Position numbers and translations under genes: made by a program
Notes under the pieces: generated by a model
What the model saw: the letters and a program-made list of their open reading frames with translations, nothing else
What the model was told of the DNA's origin: nothing
Databases searched by the model: none
DNA from: a virus
Taxonomy: Duplodnaviria; Caudoviricetes
Length of the DNA: 62,503 bases
Strand: one strand, 5' to 3'
IMG/VR virus record: IMGVR_UViG_3300047157_000129
Coordinates: 1-62,503 of that record
Shown: positions 50,719 through 60,201 of the stretch, piece after piece
How positions within the stretch are numbered: the first letter of the stretch is position 1
Layout: each line of letters starts with the position of its first letter

Positions 50719-51032
50719 TTGCAGCATTAAACTTTGACTTACAGACTATCCTCGTAATCATTGGGGCTTTAGTCTTAGTGTTCTTCCCGCAGATCAAGAA
50801 GGCTGTTGAGTCATTAAAGAATCAGACTCCTGTTGTTCCTGACGAAGTGTCAGACGAAAGGTCTAAGGCTGAGTGGATTGTGCTGTTGTCAGAGCTGCAG
50901 AAGCAGACTCATGCAGCAGGGTACATCAAGGCAGAGCAGCTGACATGTGAGCTGACCACTGAGTTGGTGTGCAACTGCAATCCTCCTCCAGTACAAGAGA
51001 CCGTAGTCACAGTAACAAAGGCAATGATATGA
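50712..51032 (+). CDS. single-TM membrane protein
   Basis: ILVIIGALVLVFF segment. Confidence 0.7.
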   Translation: MVIAALNFDLQTILVIIGALVLVFFPQIKKAVESLKNQTPVVPDEVSDERSKAEWIVLLSELQKQTHAAGYIKAEQLTCELTTELVCNCNPPPVQETVVTVTKAMI

Positions 51033-51484
51033 ATGGCAACGCCAGCTTCTTTATAAGGGTAGCCCTTGCGCTGGGGCTAGCTGCATATGCTCTTGGACTT
51101 ACCGATGGTGGTGGGGGTGGTGGAAAGCCTGCACCGTCAGAACCATACACTGGTTCAATGACCGCTGTGCATTCTGCTGCCGAATCAATGAAGCCTGAAG
51201 ACAGGGCTGTCATGAGTGAGGCGTTTAGCACAGGTGGTGACATGCTGTCAGCTGACAAAAGAAACCTAGTTGATACGACTGAGGTAGCACAGGATTTTGT
51301 ATTTGGCATCCTGTCCTTTTCGTACAACGGTGTAGGTCAGCCAGTAGAGAAGTACCCAGCAGTAGCTGATGCCATAGAGGCAGAGCTTCGCAAGGTATAT
51401 GGAGATGAGATCACGAGCCTATCCCCATCGCAGAAGGACGAGGTAGTACGGACACTCAAAGAGATAGGTAAGGCGGTGAGGTAA
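51029..51484 (+). CDS. membrane-anchored/secreted protein
   Basis: N-terminal hydrophobic segment and Gly linker; start moved to ATG 51029. Confidence 0.7.
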   Translation: MNGNASFFIRVALALGLAAYALGLTDGGGGGGKPAPSEPYTGSMTAVHSAAESMKPEDRAVMSEAFSTGGDMLSADKRNLVDTTEVAQDFVFGILSFSYNGVGQPVEKYPAVADAIEAELRKVYGDEITSLSPSQKDEVVRTLKEIGKAVR

Positions 51485-51591
51485 TGAACCTTATGCCAGT
51501 AAGTGAGTTCTTGATACTAGCGTTAGCCGGAGCAATCGCTGCCGGTTTTATTGTTTGGTTATGTGGAGACATAGACAGATGGCGAGACTGA
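51484..51591 (+). CDS. 35-aa single-TM peptide
   Basis: Not in the ORF track; MNLMPVSEFLILALAGAIAAGFIVWLCGDIDRWRD; TAATG coupling. Confidence 0.55.
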   Translation: MNLMPVSEFLILALAGAIAAGFIVWLCGDIDRWRD

Positions 51592-52631
51592 AAACATACC
51601 GAGAGCGATTCAAGAACAACGAACTACCTGACCCGCAGGACTTCAAGAATGTGGAGGAGCTGGTCAACGCCTATGACAATGGGTTTGAGGGGGCAATCTT
51701 CGATCCCGATGGGGCTGAAGAAATAGAGATGGGTCGGTACGGTAGCATGTCAGCTACGGCTGAAGAGTTTGGCTTTGCAGATCAAGGCAAGGGCAAGCTA
51801 ACGCTTTTGTATCCAGAGGTTTGGAAGGCAGCTGGGCGCTCTGACTTTTTTCACGGCGAGCCAAATCAGGCATGCGGTGATTGCGTCTCACACTCATGCA
51901 AGCACACACTCATCACCTCGATGGCAGTCAGTGCTAACAACGGTCAGGGTTCTTGGCCACAGATACCAGACGCAGGCTACAAATACGGCGCATTTCATCC
52001 AAGCCCTACCTACTGGTTGAGAGGGAAAAATTCTGATGGTTGGTCGTGCAGTACGGCAATCAAACGTGCGACCGATGGTATTGGGATGGTGATTTGTCAG
52101 GACTATCCGGCACCGCTTGGAATGAATCTCGCAGCATACAGCAAGAGCATCGCACACAAGTGGGGTAGTCAGTCGCCACCATCAGAAGTAAAAGAACAGC
52201 TTGGTGGTCACAAGGTCAAGTCATCCTCTCGATGCAAGAGCTGGGAAACTGTACGTGATGCGATCAGTGCAGGCTATGCGCTGTGTACCTGCGGGGGCGA
52301 AGGCTTCAGCAAGAGTCGTGATAGTAATGGCGTAAGTAAACGCAGTGGATCATGGAGTCATGCGCTCACCTACGTGGCTTGCGACGATACAGAGTGGGCG
52401 CACAAGAACTACGGTGGTCCATTGGTATTGATCTTGAACTCATGGGGACCGAGCTGGAACAACGATAACGGCCCGTACCCACAGGGCAACACGAGCCTAC
52501 CAAAGATACCTCGTGGTAGCTTCTGGGCTAAATGGAGTGACATCAAGAACCGTGACTGCTATGCGGTCTCAGATCTCAACGGATTTCCAAATAGAAAACT
52601 CAAGGACTGGAGTCTTCGGGATTTAATCTAA
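51579..52631 (+). CDS. papain-like cysteine peptidase (clan CA, C1-like)
   Basis: NQ..GDCV (oxyanion Gln, catalytic Cys), WSHAL (His), ILNSWG (Asn), G.FW. Confidence 0.85.
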   Translation: MARLKTYRERFKNNELPDPQDFKNVEELVNAYDNGFEGAIFDPDGAEEIEMGRYGSMSATAEEFGFADQGKGKLTLLYPEVWKAAGRSDFFHGEPNQACGDCVSHSCKHTLITSMAVSANNGQGSWPQIPDAGYKYGAFHPSPTYWLRGKNSDGWSCSTAIKRATDGIGMVICQDYPAPLGMNLAAYSKSIAHKWGSQSPPSEVKEQLGGHKVKSSSRCKSWETVRDAISAGYALCTCGGEGFSKSRDSNGVSKRSGSWSHALTYVACDDTEWAHKNYGGPLVLILNSWGPSWNNDNGPYPQGNTSLPKIPRGSFWAKWSDIKNRDCYAVSDLNGFPNRKLKDWSLRDLI

Positions 52632-53209
52632 TGCCTTACAAGACAAAAGAAGAAAAGAAAGAGTACGACAGACAGAGATACCTTGCCAAGAAGGAAGAGG
52701 TCAAGGCTCGTGTCAAGAAGTACCGAGAGGATAACCCAGAGAAAGTCTTTGAGCAGAAGAGGAAGTACCGGGAAGAGCATAAAGAAGAGATAGCAGCACA
52801 GAAGCGAGCTGCATATCAGGCTAATCCGGAGCCCGCAAAGAGGCGAGCAAGAGAGTGGCGCAAGGCAAATCGTGCTAAGCTAAACGCTTACCAGAAGAAT
52901 CGACTAGACACCAATAAGAATGCAAGCATGGCGCATCAGATACGAATGCGCGTTGCAAAATATATTCATCGTCATGAAACCTGTGAAGAGTTAGGCTGTA
53001 CAATACGAGAGCTGAGAGAATATCTGTCATCAAAGTTTCTTGATGGAATGACGTGGCAGAACTATGGTGATTGGCATGTGGATCACATTAAACCGCTGGC
53101 TTCGTTTGACCTTACGGACGAGGAACAATTCAAAGAGGCCTGCAACTATACAAACCTCCAGCCTATGTGGGGTAAGGACAACTATGCTAAAGGAAGGAAG
53201 CTATGTTGA
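52631..53209 (+). CDS. free-standing HNH endonuclease
   Basis: Basic helical repeats, then LGC...F..GMTWQNYGDWHVDHIKPLA...NYTNLQPMW..DN..KG. Confidence 0.85.
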   Translation: MPYKTKEEKKEYDRQRYLAKKEEVKARVKKYREDNPEKVFEQKRKYREEHKEEIAAQKRAAYQANPEPAKRRAREWRKANRAKLNAYQKNRLDTNKNASMAHQIRMRVAKYIHRHETCEELGCTIRELREYLSSKFLDGMTWQNYGDWHVDHIKPLASFDLTDEEQFKEACNYTNLQPMWGKDNYAKGRKLC

Positions 53210-53889
53210 AGTCGACGACGAAGAGCTTGATGCTGAGCTTGATGACATGTTGTTGTTTGGTAATGATTGTTGGTTGCGATCCGGTTGAGGAGAAGGAATA
53301 CCTAGACCTCACTGAGAAGACACAGCTTGGTGCATATATTTCTCTGGCTGTGGTGGCAAGCACACCCGAACCAGATGGTGGCGGGGGCAAGTTACAGGTA
53401 GGTGATGAGTGTCCAGACTGTCTCGGTCGTGGGATGGTTGGTGACGGCACGATAGAAAATAAGTGCAGCCGTTGTAATGGCACCGGAAAAATACAACAAG
53501 GCGATCCCGATGTGGCAGCCATAGTAAATGACTTCAATGAAACTGTTATGACTAACGCAGATGTGGCAGAGTGGATAAGTGCAGACTCACCAAAGGCATG
53601 CTTGTGCGATCCGGCTTGTCCTGATTGTGACGGCAAGTGCGATCCATGTGATTGTTTGTTTTGTCTACCCCGCAAGGATCCTCTACCCTCCCCAACAGAG
53701 CCTGAGACTGTTCGAAGGAACGGACAGCTTTACCGCAAGGAAGGCGACATGTTAGTGCCTGTTGAGGAAGTAAAAGATGTCAGAACAAAATCAATCGGAG
53801 ACAACACAACCAGTAACCGCAGACCTTTCAGGTCTTTTCAAAATTGGGGAAAGGTTTGGGATTCCCCTGTTGCTATTGGTTGCAGTTAG
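53203..53889 (+). CDS. putative lipoprotein with DnaJ-type CxxCxGxG Zn fingers
   Basis: Lipobox-like MIVGC; CPDCLGRG and CSRCNGTG; second Cys cluster. Confidence 0.65.
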   Translation: MLKSTTKSLMLSLMTCCCLVMIVGCDPVEEKEYLDLTEKTQLGAYISLAVVASTPEPDGGGGKLQVGDECPDCLGRGMVGDGTIENKCSRCNGTGKIQQGDPDVAAIVNDFNETVMTNADVAEWISADSPKACLCDPACPDCDGKCDPCDCLFCLPRKDPLPSPTEPETVRRNGQLYRKEGDMLVPVEEVKDVRTKSIGDNTTSNRRPFRSFQNWGKVWDSPVAIGCS

Positions 53890-54181
53890 TTATGTCACGT
53901 TCAACGAGATCATCAAACCTATTGCATTGAAATATGTAGAGGTACTTGATGAGGTTCGTTCAAACAATAAAGAACTGAAGGATGCATTGTTCGTAATTGG
54001 TGAGTCAAACAAAGATAACATCAGTCGCATTGTCGACGACCTCGACGAGATGGATCAAAGCATCAAGAAGATGAACCTTACGCTGGCAGAGCTGACACTG
54101 ATAGCAAGGCGAGTACAAAATGAAGGGAAAGCGTCGTCGCCTTACGAAGCGCCAGAAAGCGATAGCGGAGGAGGCTATTGA
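53777..54181 (+). CDS. holin-like TM plus coiled-coil protein
   Basis: ERFGIPLLLLVAVSYV TM segment followed by a coiled coil. Confidence 0.5.
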   Translation: MSEQNQSETTQPVTADLSGLFKIGERFGIPLLLLVAVSYVTFNEIIKPIALKYVEVLDEVRSNNKELKDALFVIGESNKDNISRIVDDLDEMDQSIKKMNLTLAELTLIARRVQNEGKASSPYEAPESDSGGGY

Positions 54182-54662
54182 CATAATCCCTCATGCTATC
54201 AGGGGGTTCAAAAGATCTTATCCGGGTATTGAAAGTAAACTGGCTAGAATAGATTCGGTCAGTGTTGCGCACGTTGCCATAGTAATGGCAGCTCGTACGT
54301 ATGATCCGAAGAAGTCAAAGCTAACGACTTACTTCACAAGAGCAATCCATAATTGGTTACTCAAAGAGATCGACCGAGAGAAACGATTGAGATACGGTAG
54401 TACAGATCGCATACCGTTGGCCCTAGTAGAAAGTGAGTTGGACGCAGAGCAATGGAAGGAAGACCTTGCCAATGCCATGCTGTCCCTCACTGATGAACAA
54501 CGCCAGTTGATTAGGGCTAGATACTTTTCAGCCAAGACCTTTGAGGAAATGGCGAAAGAGTTTGATTGTGATCGACGCACTGTGCGCCGGAGGTTGATGG
54601 AGGTACTTAGCTTTCTTGAATCTTTGGATAACCCTCTTGACGACTTATCAGAATCTGCCTGA
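54120..54662 (+). CDS. RNA polymerase sigma-70 family factor (regions 2 and 4)
   Basis: AARTYDPKKSKLTTY...I (region 2); LTDEQRQLIRARYF..KTFEEMAKEF...TVRR (region 4 HTH). Confidence 0.88.
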   Translation: MKGKRRRLTKRQKAIAEEAIDIIPHAIRGFKRSYPGIESKLARIDSVSVAHVAIVMAARTYDPKKSKLTTYFTRAIHNWLLKEIDREKRLRYGSTDRIPLALVESELDAEQWKEDLANAMLSLTDEQRQLIRARYFSAKTFEEMAKEFDCDRRTVRRRLMEVLSFLESLDNPLDDLSESA

Positions 54663-55308
54663 TAGTGTTGCGGTCCCAGCTGGTGCCGCGTCTTCTGGGG
54701 CGTCGGTAGTACAGTTTGGCGATCTCTCTAAGTGAGACGCCAGCATCTCTAAGCAGGGCGAACTCGTCCGCAATCTTGCGCTCGTCCTCGTCTGGTGCAA
54801 AGCCATCTCTGTACTTCATCCAGCCATCTGGTATACGACGCCCGTATCGCCTCCCTGAGCGCTTTAGAGTCTGCAGGGCTGTGCTAGTGCGGTCTGAGAT
54901 GTAACGCTTTTCTAGACGCGCTACGCCGGCCAGAACGGTGAACATCAATTCGCCCTCTGGGGTTTTTACGTCCAAAGACGGCTGCGTATAGAACCAGAGC
55001 ATTCCACCCTTCTCAAGGATCCAGTCTTTGGTCTTGAGTGCGTCGGTGGAATTACGAAACATTCTGTCTAAACGTTGGAAGACAATGATATCTCCGCGCT
55101 CAAGTTTGTATAGCAAGAGTCTACCAGCAGGGCGTTGATCCATATGAGTGCCGCCGCTGGTGTCATGGTCGTAGTGCCAATGGCTCTCGTCCCATGTGTA
55201 GTCGCTGAACCTATCACGTATCAGGCTCAGGCAGTTATCGTACTGTCCTTGTTCGGTCAGTTCTTGGTCTTCCGTAGACGCTCGACCGTATGCATATACG
55301 TTTGGCAT
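54607..55308 (-). CDS. serine recombinase (resolvase/invertase family)
   Basis: YGRAST catalytic motif, SG...RP, RLDRMFRN, E...ISDRT; short C-terminal DNA-binding part. Confidence 0.92.
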   Translation of the reverse strand: MPNVYAYGRASTEDQELTEQGQYDNCLSLIRDRFSDYTWDESHWHYDHDTSGGTHMDQRPAGRLLLYKLERGDIIVFQRLDRMFRNSTDALKTKDWILEKGGMLWFYTQPSLDVKTPEGELMFTVLAGVARLEKRYISDRTSTALQTLKRSGRRYGRRIPDGWMKYRDGFAPDEDERKIADEFALLRDAGVSLREIAKLYYRRPRRRGTSWDRNTIRQILISRQEGYPKIQES

Positions 55309-55336
55309 ATGTACCTCCGTTGGTATATTAACAAAT

Positions 55337-55377
55337 AAAAAAGCGAGGACGCAACCCGTAGGTCACGCCCCCGCTTT
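55337..55377 (-). terminator. intrinsic terminator of the early operon
   Basis: Long stem with cUACGg tetraloop and U-tract on the - strand. Confidence 0.8.
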
Positions 55378-55384
55378 CCCTTCC

Positions 55385-55759
55385 CTAATTCAAGTTACGT
55401 CCGATAGCGTCATGCATTTGACGCCAGACTTGTCGCTTCTGTTTAGTGATGGCTATCTCAGCGCATGCTAAGAAAGCACCAAACATAACTTTGACGCACG
55501 TGCCGTATGGCATCGTGTTTACATTGTCAACTGAATACATGCCGACAGCGTATGAGGTATGAGACAAAGCACGAATTGCAAAGGAAGCATCAGTTGACTC
55601 TGGTGTTCCTAGTTCGTTATGTGCTTTACGCAACAGTTTCATCTCGTGTTCAAATAACGCTCGACCTAGCCTACGTGGGTTGCCGATGTGCTTTACCACG
55701 AAAGCATTGATGTAGTTTTCGTTGACTTCGATATGTCGCTTATGATCCATTAGTGTAGC
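55385..55759 (-). CDS. hypothetical protein (start uncertain; ORF open to 55822)
   Basis: Fills the gap between GATase and terminator; GAGGAG upstream of the ATG near 55750. Confidence 0.55.
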   Translation of the reverse strand, partial: ATLMDHKRHIEVNENYINAFVVKHIGNPRRLGRALFEHEMKLLRKAHNELGTPESTDASFAIRALSHTSYAVGMYSVDNVNTMPYGTCVKVMFGAFLACAEIAITKQKRQVWRQMHDAIGRNLN

Positions 55760-56660
55760 TCTCCTCATTGTTGGCAAGCCACTCAGTAGGCATAGGCTCG
55801 TAATGAATAGCAAGGGTGTCAAGGATGTCAGGGTCGTGGTTGTACAGATCCCTGATGATATGCACTGGGATACCTAGTGACTCGCATGTCTTAGCGTTCT
55901 CATAGTCTTGATGTAATGCGGAGACAGGAATGATATCTTCAGTGTCGTAAGCAATGTCATGCTGCACACGTTCAGCAACCTCGATAGCATCTTGCTGTGC
56001 CAGTCGCGTTGACTGGTTGGAGCGAGCTGCACTGCAGGCTGCTGTGACAGACGAGTAACCAACGCCTGAGTAAACCTTGCGCTGGGGTGGCAAGCTGTAC
56101 GTCGTTGCAGCGTACGGCTTGTACGATCCGTTAGAGTACAGATGACCATCGTCGTGAGTCACCCAGTCTTTGTCATTCCATAGGTAGTGCTGACCTGATG
56201 TATCAAGGAAAGCAATCTTGGAATAAGCAATGTACTTCTCAGCCATGAGCTTGATGCCTACGTTGTCAACGAGGTCAGCGCCGAGCTGATCGTAGATAGG
56301 CTTGAGCACATGCTCGTTGAAGTTGTAAGTATCTGACCTGTCCTTGATAGTCATTGGGCAGGAGATAGTACCGTTGTGCATGAACACAAGGTCATTGCCT
56401 ACACGGAACGGGTGACAGTTAGTCATGTCAAGCGCACCGCCGGTTGACTTACGAAAGTGAATGAGGCAAGTGTACTCTTCGTACTGCTCAATCTCACGAG
56501 CGAAGTGCTCGAATGACGTAACGTCTTTGACAACAGTCAACGAGTTGCCATCGTCTTGTGCAAGGGCAAAGCCCCAGCCATCGGGATGGACTTTGTAACA
56601 GTGTTTGTATGTCTCCATATCAAACTTGGTGTCGAACGGTTTAACAATCGCAATACACAT
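55740..56660 (-). CDS. class II (Ntn) glutamine amidotransferase
   Basis: N-terminal MC nucleophile, HPDGWG, HFRKST, NCHPF, HNG, SDT. Confidence 0.9.
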   Translation of the reverse strand: MCIAIVKPFDTKFDMETYKHCYKVHPDGWGFALAQDDGNSLTVVKDVTSFEHFAREIEQYEEYTCLIHFRKSTGGALDMTNCHPFRVGNDLVFMHNGTISCPMTIKDRSDTYNFNEHVLKPIYDQLGADLVDNVGIKLMAEKYIAYSKIAFLDTSGQHYLWNDKDWVTHDDGHLYSNGSYKPYAATTYSLPPQRKVYSGVGYSSVTAACSAARSNQSTRLAQQDAIEVAERVQHDIAYDTEDIIPVSALHQDYENAKTCESLGIPVHIIRDLYNHDPDILDTLAIHYEPMPTEWLANNEESYTNGS

Positions 56661-56669
56661 TTGTAATAC

Positions 56670-57839
56670 CTATGGGGTAAAGGGAAGGGGAGTAACATTC
56701 ACAGCGCGGAAGCCTTGTGCTACACGGTCGTGAACAGATTGGGTCATAGCCCATGCAGCAAACGGATAGACATGTTTGTGCTTGGCTAGGTATGCACCGA
56801 TGTGACTAGATGTCACGTGCAGTGCGGTTCGCATTGGGCATTGACTGAAGTATGCAAGCCACACTTGAGTCATCTGCATGTTGGACAAGATGCGTATCGG
56901 GTTGGTCGCAGAACGAAACAACCTGAACTCCATCAAGCCCTGTTGCACTTTGTAATTCAGCGGCGAATACTTTTGCGTGAAGCCACGTGCATCACCACGA
57001 AACGCATGAGCAAGGTGACGCATGCCAAGCGGACGCTGCTGAAGATAAGTGCTTGAGTAACGACCACCTAGCGAATTGTAATCTTCGCCAGTGCAGTTGT
57101 TGAGAAAGTAACACAGCTTGAGCCACGTCAAAGGTGTCGCTGCCATGTGACATGTTGTTATGTGCATGCCGCATGACTCGTTGTACCATGAGTGAGCGCC
57201 GGGTAGCCATGTACTAAACGCATTGAAGTCATCGCACGAGCTGCCATACTCAACGCGACTGTCAAGCATACTGTGCAGTAGCTTGAACTTGTAGCGCTGG
57301 GTCTTGTGTCTGACAGCACGCCAGTCAAATGACCGTGCCTCCTCCGAGCCCATCGTGCAGGCAAGCAGGAAGTTGTAGTGATCGTCAAAGGTAACTGGTG
57401 CAGTTATCAGTTCACCCTTGTCATCACCTCGTATGCTGCCGTCGTCGACGATGCGTATGAAATCATTACGCACACGCACGTCTTTGATAGGCAGCTGCTT
57501 GAACACACGGTTGGCGCGCATGATGTGGTGACGTCCTAAGTCTGACACCTCTATCTCTACGCCAAAGTTCTGCAACTCTTTGAGTGAGTCACGAGTGCAA
57601 CCGTCTGGCATGTGCGCGTAATTGCGACGGCGCAGAGGATGTAGATACGCTTGGCTAGATCCGCATTCGCACGGGTCTTCCAAACAATCTTGACATATGC
57701 ACTCACACTCAGAGCAGTCACAGTCGTAGCAGCATTCGCAAGGACGATCCTCGCTGTTAGCATCCCACTCTGTGCCACAGACATAGCAATCTACTATGTC
57801 TTGTGGATCTGCATCATAATCTTCTGTTGCTGGCATCAT
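56670..57839 (-). CDS. amidoligase (COOH-NH2 ligase, glutamine-synthetase fold) with Cys-rich N-terminus
   Basis: FGVEIEV, DGSI, GELIT, SCGMHI, KYSPLN, EFRLF. Confidence 0.88.
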   Translation of the reverse strand: MMPATEDYDADPQDIVDCYVCGTEWDANSEDRPCECCYDCDCSECECICQDCLEDPCECGSSQAYLHPLRRRNYAHMPDGCTRDSLKELQNFGVEIEVSDLGRHHIMRANRVFKQLPIKDVRVRNDFIRIVDDGSIRGDDKGELITAPVTFDDHYNFLLACTMGSEEARSFDWRAVRHKTQRYKFKLLHSMLDSRVEYGSSCDDFNAFSTWLPGAHSWYNESCGMHITTCHMAATPLTWLKLCYFLNNCTGEDYNSLGGRYSSTYLQQRPLGMRHLAHAFRGDARGFTQKYSPLNYKVQQGLMEFRLFRSATNPIRILSNMQMTQVWLAYFSQCPMRTALHVTSSHIGAYLAKHKHVYPFAAWAMTQSVHDRVAQGFRAVNVTPLPFTP

Positions 57840-57848
57840 TGCCTCCTC

Positions 57849-58910
57849 CTAAGAAACCCAGTGCATGTAATCTGAATACGCTTCCATGCGATCTGGTTGT
57901 TCCATACACCACATCGTCATGTCGTCGATAGTTCTGATGGCAGCACAACGCATGCTGACATCTAGCAAGTAATACATCGAACACTCAATCATCTGTAGCA
58001 CAACGCTGAACAAGTGCGCTTTGCTTTGGTCAAGAAGCTTGAGTGAGAAGTGATTACGATTCATCAAGTCGTGCAAACCAATCGTCCGTGAGAACGTGTA
58101 AGGCACAAGAGATCTGTGAGTAATGCCTTTGCTTTGGTCGATGTAAGGTATCGACGCAGCATTGGCGCAGTAGTCAGTGTCTGTAATTATGTTGTCGATA
58201 AGCTGACGACCTATCGTCTCGCCTGAATGAAATACCTCCGGGCTGTTGCGTGATACCGCTGTGTTCCAGAAAGCAAGGAACTTAGCAAGCAACGATGGAG
58301 TAAAGTCACGGCGATCAAACACAAACTGATAGCTACCTTTAGACCAAGCAGGCGTAAGGCTTTGCCATGCCAGTGCTTGGATGTTAAACGTAGCTGGCGC
58401 AGTGTAGATGCGAGTCTCAGGTCGCTCGAGTTGCGGCGTGAAAGCAAACAATCCATTGTGTGCGTGTGTCGCATACGCGGCACTGTTGAGATGCACTAAA
58501 GTCTTGAATGCTTTGACCTTGTTCTCAAGGTTAGACTCATTGCTGTACCTACGATGAAGGCCAGAGTAGATAACACCTATCTTGACTGGCGACTTCTTGT
58601 CGTAACGATAAGGACGAGAACCACTGTGTGTGATCTGATACTTTTTGGCATGATCACGTGGCTCAAGTCCGTACATCACAGACAGGCTGCGATGTATAGG
58701 CACTTCCATGTTGTACGCAATAGGAGATATCTCGTACAACGTACCCAGTTCTTCTATCGCCTTGTCTGTAAGAGACGACGCTTCACTGGGATGTATATGT
58801 CCACCGCAGTGGTGGCACAGAGCAGATATGTTGCGTGTCCAGTGGTCACTTCGACAAGAGCATGTCTTGTTTAATCCCATTGGCAACGAACTAATGCATC
58901 CGAGTTGCAT
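57849..58910 (-). CDS. divergent amidoligase-like protein
   Basis: CGGHIH and PETRIY resemble ligase motifs; N-terminal ExE motif not seen. Confidence 0.45.
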   Translation of the reverse strand: MQLGCISSLPMGLNKTCSCRSDHWTRNISALCHHCGGHIHPSEASSLTDKAIEELGTLYEISPIAYNMEVPIHRSLSVMYGLEPRDHAKKYQITHSGSRPYRYDKKSPVKIGVIYSGLHRRYSNESNLENKVKAFKTLVHLNSAAYATHAHNGLFAFTPQLERPETRIYTAPATFNIQALAWQSLTPAWSKGSYQFVFDRRDFTPSLLAKFLAFWNTAVSRNSPEVFHSGETIGRQLIDNIITDTDYCANAASIPYIDQSKGITHRSLVPYTFSRTIGLHDLMNRNHFSLKLLDQSKAHLFSVVLQMIECSMYYLLDVSMRCAAIRTIDDMTMWCMEQPDRMEAYSDYMHWVS

Positions 58911-58976
58911 GGTAAAATCCTTAGGGTAAGGGGAAATAAAAAAGGACCGGGCAGCACACGGCTACCCGGCCCAGCT

Positions 58977-59004
58977 ACATATAGAAAAGTGCCTGTAAAA
59001 CTAG
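58977..59004 (-). promoter_or_regulatory. 28-bp early-region motif, copy A
   Basis: + strand ACATATAGAAAA-gtg-CCTGT-AAAAC-TAG. Confidence 0.85.
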
Positions 59005-59774
59005 ACACTTTGTTGACGCGGCTTGCGCTGATTGAACAAGCGTTGGAACACATCGCTACCAGCGCGTGCTCGTGAGAAACCATTATCCTTCACACGATCT
59101 TGGATCTGCATGCGGATACGTTTAGGCGTAGTGGTTGCCATGCGTGCTGTCATCTTGATCTGCACTGCATCATCCCACTTGCCATTGTCCCACATGTTGT
59201 ACACCCACTGGCCTAAGCCACTGAGTACACCAACATGCACAGCATTGACATCTTCCAAGTCGCCCCATGCTTGAACGATCATGTCAAGAGTCTCATCAAG
59301 TACACCAAGATCATTCAATCGCTGGACACAACCGATGGCCTTGATGTTAGGCCAGTTGCTACCACCGACCTCGAACCCATGATCCTTGACGATAGAATGG
59401 CACTGTCGTGCAGACTTGTCACCTTCAACAAGTAACGCACGGTACAACTCTAAAGGAGTGACCTGCTTACGTGTCTTGGCTGAGTTGCATATACGAAACA
59501 ACTCTGCTTCATGGGCACGACCAGTAGACTCAGTGACATGACACGGCCAGTAGTCATACCCAAGCTGGCGCAATGCCTCTGCTTGGTGCTGACCATCTAT
59601 GATGTACATGCTGCCATTCCTACGACGCGCTACCTTGATAGCACTGATCGCTTCGGGGTTGAAGTTAGCCACGATCTGCTTGACGTGTGCCTTCTTGAGC
59701 ATACGCTGATAAGCAACAGCAGTTTTAAGATCGGACAACTTCACACGTTTGATATTAAATTTAACTTTTTGCAT
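59001..59774 (-). CDS. ParB/Srx-like N-terminal domain protein (DUF6551-like)
   Basis: YQR, YIIDGQH, EAELF...N motifs. Confidence 0.8.
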   Translation of the reverse strand: MQKVKFNIKRVKLSDLKTAVAYQRMLKKAHVKQIVANFNPEAISAIKVARRRNGSMYIIDGQHQAEALRQLGYDYWPCHVTESTGRAHEAELFRICNSAKTRKQVTPLELYRALLVEGDKSARQCHSIVKDHGFEVGGSNWPNIKAIGCVQRLNDLGVLDETLDMIVQAWGDLEDVNAVHVGVLSGLGQWVYNMWDNGKWDDAVQIKMTARMATTTPKRIRMQIQDRVKDNGFSRARAGSDVFQRLFNQRKPRQQSV

Positions 59775-59800
59775 TTGATAACTCCTAATGCAAGTAATGT

Positions 59801-59832
59801 AAAAAGGGTGAGCGACAACGTGCCGCCCACCC
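59801..59832 (-). terminator. intrinsic terminator-like hairpin
   Basis: GGGUGGGCGGCA/UGUCGCUCACCC stem followed by U5. Confidence 0.7.
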
Positions 59833-59846
59833 GTGACTCGGATCCG

Positions 59847-60110
59847 CTATTGAATACTGTCAAGCACCTCCTCTCTTGCTTCGAACATCAATGCATCAAC
59901 ATGTAGTTGATAGCTGGCCGTCTCAGCTTCCTGCTGAGTCTTGAAAGGGCCGACGGGTTCACGACCACCTGCTGCATACACATACGTGTACCAGCTGCCA
60001 GTCAACTCGGACTGCATAAGCACAGCGACGTTGCGCTCGTGCGGTGTATGCAACTCGACGCACTGCGACATGCGTTCAAGATCAGTATCTAATACATGGG
60101 AAGTAATCAA
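59847..60110 (-). CDS. hypothetical early protein
   Basis: W...GPFKTQQEAE motif common in small phage proteins; start uncertain. Confidence 0.6.
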   Translation of the reverse strand: MITSHVLDTDLERMSQCVELHTPHERNVAVLMQSELTGSWYTYVYAAGGREPVGPFKTQQEAETASYQLHVDALMFEAREEVLDSIQ

Positions 60111-60201
60111 AACAAAACCTACTTTCTTAAAAGAAAAGGGGGAGCAGCACGCAGTAAGAAAGACGAAAGAACCTACGCGCCACTCCCCCTAGCGGAGAGT
60201 A

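Noticed and set aside
393-54580. Numerous short antisense or alternate-frame ORFs in the ORF track
   Set aside because: They overlap longer, motif-bearing genes and lack RBS or recognisable features
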